In this document: piece after piece, positions 57,654 to 64,000 of the stretch
Layout of the letters: every line of letters starts with the position of its first letter
Numbering within the stretch: the first letter of the stretch is position 1
Assembly: GCF_009914755.1 (NCBI RefSeq)
Contig: NC_060937.1
Direction: 5' to 3' (one strand)
Length of the DNA stretch: 64,000 nucleotides
Source of the DNA: the human T2T-CHM13v2.0 reference genome, Homo sapiens
Made by a program: the position numbers and the translations under genes
The notes under the pieces: generated by a model
Told to the model about the DNA's origin: nothing
The model's input: the letters and a program-made list of their open reading frames with translations, nothing else
Database searches by the model: none

Positions 57654-59323
57654 TACCACCTTGCTTCTCACTATTTTTTTAAACACTGTACTGTATTAGT
57701 TACACAGTATTTATACTGCTATTATGACTTAAGAATTTCCATAGTCTATCTGGACTATCTCTTGACTTTTCTCTTTTAATATAAAATTATTTAAAATAAT
57801 TATAAAGTATACATATTCTTATATAAAACCTAAGAGGCATAAATATAAATCATCCACAATTTTACTAACCTATTTTGTACTATAATTTTTGTTTACTATT
57901 ATAGGTAAGCGTTTTTCTATGTCAGCTATGTACTCTCCTAGAATGTAATTTTTGCAACTTCCTAATATCAACAGAGTTATTGACTTACTCTTTTAATGTT
58001 GGATATTTTGGTTGTGTTATCTCTACTGTAGCTGCTTTTTAAAAAAATCAGAATCAGAAGGATACGCCCCTAACAATCTGTCTCTTACCAAGTCCTAGTA
58101 TCAATTTCCCTCAGGTTCTTTTGCTCCAGGGTACCAATGGCTCCTTAGTTATTTTCTTCCTTTAGGGCTTTTAGTCACTTTAAAACTGTTCATAAGCAGA
58201 AAAAAATGAGGTTTCACACTAAAGAAAAAAATAAACTTTAGTTTTCTATTTTTAGGAACTATTCCTGTGGTATCAGTTTTGAGCTCCTTGCTTTCGGGAA
58301 TATGATTTTTCATAGTTAATACACACCATGGGCGACAGTCAATAAAGTTACCTATTGACTTGTCTAGACTTTTTTGGCAACTTACAAAACTTATACTAAA
58401 AAGACTGTTTCTCCTATTTAATCTTAAAGAGACTTTTGTCCAATTGATATATGTAAAGATCTCTAGAATACATCCTTCAACAGCAATATAGATATCTTGT
58501 TCATTTGTGGTCATAATACATAGTATTATGTCTACACAGTAGGACTATAATAGCTAATATTAAATCTACATAGTCTATATAGTAGGACTATAATAGTTAA
58601 TATTATATCAGGCACTATCCCTTTCTGCTAGATTTTTAAAAGAGAATTTCACATTCATATGGGTATTTTCTAATGTTCTGATTTGTTCTGAATGTTAGGA
58701 AAAATGGGTAAGTCAATATTTTAATATTAGTACATATGAGAATATCAACCAAAGCAAACATTAAAAGCCATGGAGACTTGATTAAAAGTTCACAAATCAT
58801 AAATGTACCAATCCATAAATTATAATAAAGCAAATACTGATGTAACCACAACTTAGGTCAAGCACTAGAATATTATCATCATACTGGAAGATGCCATCAT
58901 GTCACAATTATTATTCACTTCTTCCTTTCCATTGGTATTAATAATTACTAGCCTGTGTTCTGACATCACAGTTTACTTTTGTCTGTCTTTGAACTTTAAA
59001 TGAATGGGATCACATTGTACATATTCTTTTATTTCTGACCTACTTCACTCAATACTGAGAATTATCCATAATGTTGTATGAGTTATAGTTTGTTTTTATT
59101 GCTGTTATTTTCATATATGTATATATAATTTTCATCCATTCCATTACTGATGGACATTTAAGCTGTATTCAGTTTTGAACTGTCAAGAATAAAGCTGCTA
59201 TGAACATTCTTGTTCTTTTGGTGTAAATGTATGCACCATTCTATTTGATATATTACTGGAATTGTTGGGTTATAGAGAAGGTATATGATCAGCTAAATAT
59301 AGAAAATAATGCTAAAATGTATT

Positions 59324-59704
59324 TGATATGGTTTGGCCCTTTGTCCCCAACCCAAATCTCATGTTGAATTGTAATCCCTGGTGCTGGGGGAGTGACCCAG
59401 TGGGAGATAATTTGATCCTGGGGGCGGACCTCCCCCTTAGTGTCCTGGTGATAGTGGGTTCTCACGAAATCTGGTTGTTTGAAAATGTGTAGCACTTCCC
59501 CATTCACTCTCTCTTCTGCTCTGCCATGTGAAGAAGGCACTTGCTTCCCCTTCGCCCTTCCACCATGGTTGTAAGTTTCCTGAGGCCTCCCCAAACATGT
59601 TTCCTACACAGCTTGCGGGACTGTGATTCAATTAAACTTCTTTTCTTCATAAATTATCCAGTCTCAGGTAGTTCTTTATAGCAGTGTGAAAACAAACTAA
59701 TACA
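59324..59704 (+). mobile_element. MSTA-like solo LTR inside a reverse L1ME relic (about 58740-59920)
   Basis: TG...CA termini, TSD (G/A)TATT. Confidence 0.85.
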
Positions 59705-60736
59705 ATATTCCAAAGTGGTTATATAAATGTATACTCCTACTAGCAATGTATGAGAATCCCCTATTCCTCCACATCCTTGACAACACTTGGAATCATCAAT
59801 CTTCAAAATTTGTGGCTGTATCTTGTAATTTTAATTTGCATTCTGCTGATGAGTAATGGTGTTGAGTCTCTCTTCACATGTCCTTTGGCCATTTGGATAT
59901 CCCATTCTGTGAGGTGCCTAATACCGTGACTTCCTTTAAAGACTCAAATTTGAGTCATCAACAAAAGGAGGATACTAACTTCCAGAGTTAAGCCAGTAAG
60001 AAAAACAATATTTTGAGGTAGTACCAATTATATATACCTAATTTGGATGATTAGAGAGATATTTCTATGTTTCTATTAGATGAGTGATTTGCATTGTTTA
60101 TAGTTTCAGAGAGTGAACGGGTTTTTTTTTTCCATTTGACCATTTATTTAGTCATAAATTCATTCAAAAATTATTAAACACCAATTTATGCCAGGCACTC
60201 TATTCAACATTAAGTTTCATCAGAGATGGAAGTGATTGATCTGGGATCAAGCACAAGCAGTGCTGGAGGGCACAAAGCAGCTGAATGGGCAGGTATACCA
60301 GACCATGCCACCTACCTCGATGCACCAGCACCTTAAGCTCAGTTCAGACCTGTGGTGTGGAGGGCCTCACAGACAACCTGATCTCAGCCTGATTCATAGC
60401 TGCTGCTACATAAGGGGGTGGGGAGGAATGAGTTTGGCACCCAGGTGATCTACTTGGTTGTCCTTTGGTAGTAACTTGCCCAATTCTGACAGTAAGTGGA
60501 CAACTATCTTAGCCATGACTTGGAAAGGACATGATAAACAGAAGTTCAGATTCCCCAGGGATAAGAGTCTGGGTCATCCTGCCAGAGGAAGAAAAGGCCC
60601 ATACTTGAGTCATGGATAAATCAGCTTGGTACATGGGACTGCAGCTGCGCTATAGCCCTACTCCCTCTGCCCAAACCTGGTTCCTAGCCTTCCCCCACAG
60701 GTGTTGATCCTAAGAACTCTCGCTAATAAACTTCCT

Positions 60737-61346
<610 letters not shown>

Positions 61347-61641
61347 AATAAACTTCCTACATGCTGATTCCTATTTCAGAGTCTACTCCCTGAGAGATCC
61401 AACTCCCAGTAATATTCAATGGAAAACCAAACTGCCCTCGTAGACCTACATTCTGGTGACACACATATGTGTATGTGCTAACATATGATTAGAATAAAGA
61501 AGTTTAACTTTCATTTTCGAAATATTCCCCTCTTCACTATTTAAGCAAATTTGAATAACAGAGGTAATATATTTTTAGAACAGATATGAATTGGAAAATA
61601 AACCTGAACTGCAAGATATTAATAAAAATATTTAGGGTGGT

Positions 61642-62381
61642 TGTGCAGAAAAGTCAACATAGCAGGCTTTAGGCTACTGTCTTTGGAAAAGCCCACTTGC
61701 GAGGTTGGCCCTTGGCTGGTATCTGGAAACTTACTGGTAAACAGTTCCCTACACAGATATAAACCTTTTCCCAAATGAAAAGAATGATTCACTGTGCCTA
61801 TGCTGTTTGTACAAACAATGTGGTTTATATTGAACACCTGTTTTCCTTCTGGGAGTCTGGAATTTTGGTGCATGCCAGGCAGAAGAAGCCTATGTGATCT
61901 GCTCCCAATAGAAACATTAGATGCTAAGTATCTAACGAGCTTCTCTGGTAGGTAAAACTTCATGTACTGTCATACCTGTTGTTGCAATTTTTTGCTGGAG
62001 GAATTAAGTATTTCTTATGTGACCCTAACTTGGAGAAAACTTTCGGAAGCTTGAGCCTAGTTTTCTGAGAATTCATCCCATGTGCCTTATGCCTTTGTTG
62101 ATTTTGCTTTGTATTCCTTAGCTATAAATTCCCTGTGAGGTACATGGATTAGAGAAAGAAAGAAAAAAAGAAAGAAAGAGAGGAAGGAAAGAAGGAAGGA
62201 AGGAAGGAAGGAAGGGAGGAAGGAAATATATATTAGCCATAAGTACAAATATATGCCAATCCTTATGAATTCTTCTAGTGCATCATTGAATATGGCAGTG
62301 GTCTTGGGGACTCTGACAGTATAGAATTCTTCTAGTGAACCACTGAATATGGATGGGAGTGGTCTTGGGGACTCTGACACA
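61642..62381 (+). mobile_element. MER21-family LTR with a (GGAA/GAAA)n tract at about 62151-62225
   Basis: tgtgcagaaaagtcaacatagcagg start, ...ggggactctgacaca end, GTGG flanks. Confidence 0.75.
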
Positions 62382-62795
62382 GTGGCGTAATAGTTTTTCC
62401 AGGGAAGTCCTTTGTCAGAATTTATTTTAATACTTAAACTACATTATATTTCCAATAATGAAAATGTATAAAGATAATAAATAATAATTTAAAGAATTTG
62501 ACTATTCAAGAAAGAATATACTTTATCTAGCCAAATATTGGACAAAATGTTGCTACCTCATTAATCTCCACCAAGGAAATTTGCTATACTTGAGTGGCTC
62601 TTACCTTGACCTATATATAAAAAGGATGCTGACTTATAGCTGATTCACATGTTGGCTTAATTTTTTATAGGGTTAAGTTATATATTAATGTTTTTCCCTA
62701 CATGGGATAAAGTTACTCAGACAAGGATTACCTGAGTAATTCTTCTGTATTTAGTACAGGACCAGGGAAAATTGTGTGTAGACATAACCTTGTAA

Positions 62796-63115
<320 letters not shown>

Positions 63116-63258
63116 CTCTGTTCTTTATCTATCTTAAATTGGTTTTATTTACATAGAAAAAACAGTTTAAACTGCACTGTCACCTACGTTTATTTTGGTG
63201 TCCACTCCAGTGAACATATTTCCTGACTAAAAAGGGTAGGGCTGATGCTGTAATTATT

Positions 63259-64000
63259 CAGGCATACCTTGTCTTATTATGCTTCACTTTATTGTGCTTC
63301 AAAGATACTGCATTTTTTACAAATTGAAGATTTGTGGCACCCCTGTGTTAAGCAAGTCTATCAGCACTATTTTTCCAATGGCATATGTTCATTTCCTATC
63401 TGCATCATATTTTGGTAATTCTCACAATATTTCAAACTTTTAAATTATTACTATATCCGTTAATGGTGATCAGTGATCTTTGATGTTACTACTGTAATTG
63501 TTTTGGGGAGCCATAAACCAAGCCCATATAAAACAGCAAACTGTTTAATAAAGGTATGTATGTTCTGACTGCTCTACCAACCAGCCATTCCTGGGTCTCT
63601 CTCCCTCTCTTTGGGCTTCTCTATTCATTGAGACACAACACTATTGAAATTAGGCCAATTAATAACCCTACTATGGTGTTGAAGTAGAAGGAAGAGTTGC
63701 ACATCTCTCACTTTAATTTGGCTAGAAATGATAAGCTTAGTCATTTAGTGAGGAAGGTATGTTGAAAGCTGAGACAGGCTGAAAGCTAGGCCTCTTGTGC
63801 CAAACAGTTAAGCCAAGGCATAAATGCAAAGGGAAGATTCTTAAAAGAAATTAAAAGCACCACTCTAGTGAACACACAAATGATAAGGAAGCAAAACAGC
63901 TTTCTTGCTGATATGGAAAAAGTGTGAGTGGTCTGGATAGAAGACCAAAGAAACCACAATATTCTCTTAAGCCAAAACCTAATCAAGAGTAAGACCCTAA
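63259..64000 (+). mobile_element. Tigger1 5' part with decayed transposase start
   Basis: caggcatacctt TIR; gaggaaggtatgttgaaagctgagacaggc. Confidence 0.85.

Noticed and set aside
59600-59640. Antisense acceptor in the MSTA LTR equivalent to the exonised one at 697
   Set aside because: The equivalent ctgcAG|G is mutated to ccgcaag
62599-62645. Strong minus-strand donor AAG|GTAAGA at 62605
   Set aside because: No convincing polypyrimidine acceptor nearby; cannot define an exon

Overview
Human genomic DNA (primate Alu/L1/MaLR repeats plus a fragment carrying the AluYb8-lineage diagnostic). I recognise it from the translated exons as the CCDC169-SOHLH2 locus (chr13q13, from recall). Both genes are on the minus strand. 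The window holds SOHLH2 coding exons 1-6, which I reconstructed with GT-AG sites and continuous phase (aa 1-214, ending in the bHLH basic region). It also holds the SOHLH2 CpG-island promoter, an LTR-derived alternative last exon of SOHLH2, and two alternative 3' exons of CCDC169, one with an internal donor that joins in frame to SOHLH2 exon 2 (read-through fusion). The rest is mostly transposon relics. Most notable: (1) SOHLH2 exons 2-4 encode a sequence that aligns by eye to a CheY-like receiver domain with the phospho-acceptor Asp and conserved Lys charge-swapped; (2) a perfect 157-bp inverted repeat inside an ancient L1, with template-switch hallmarks, just upstream of the CCDC169 last exon; (3) a 74-bp AluYb8-type insertion nested in an older Alu inside that repeat's spacer. 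Repeat subfamily names come from my recall of consensus sequences, and boundaries without a stated TSD are approximate.
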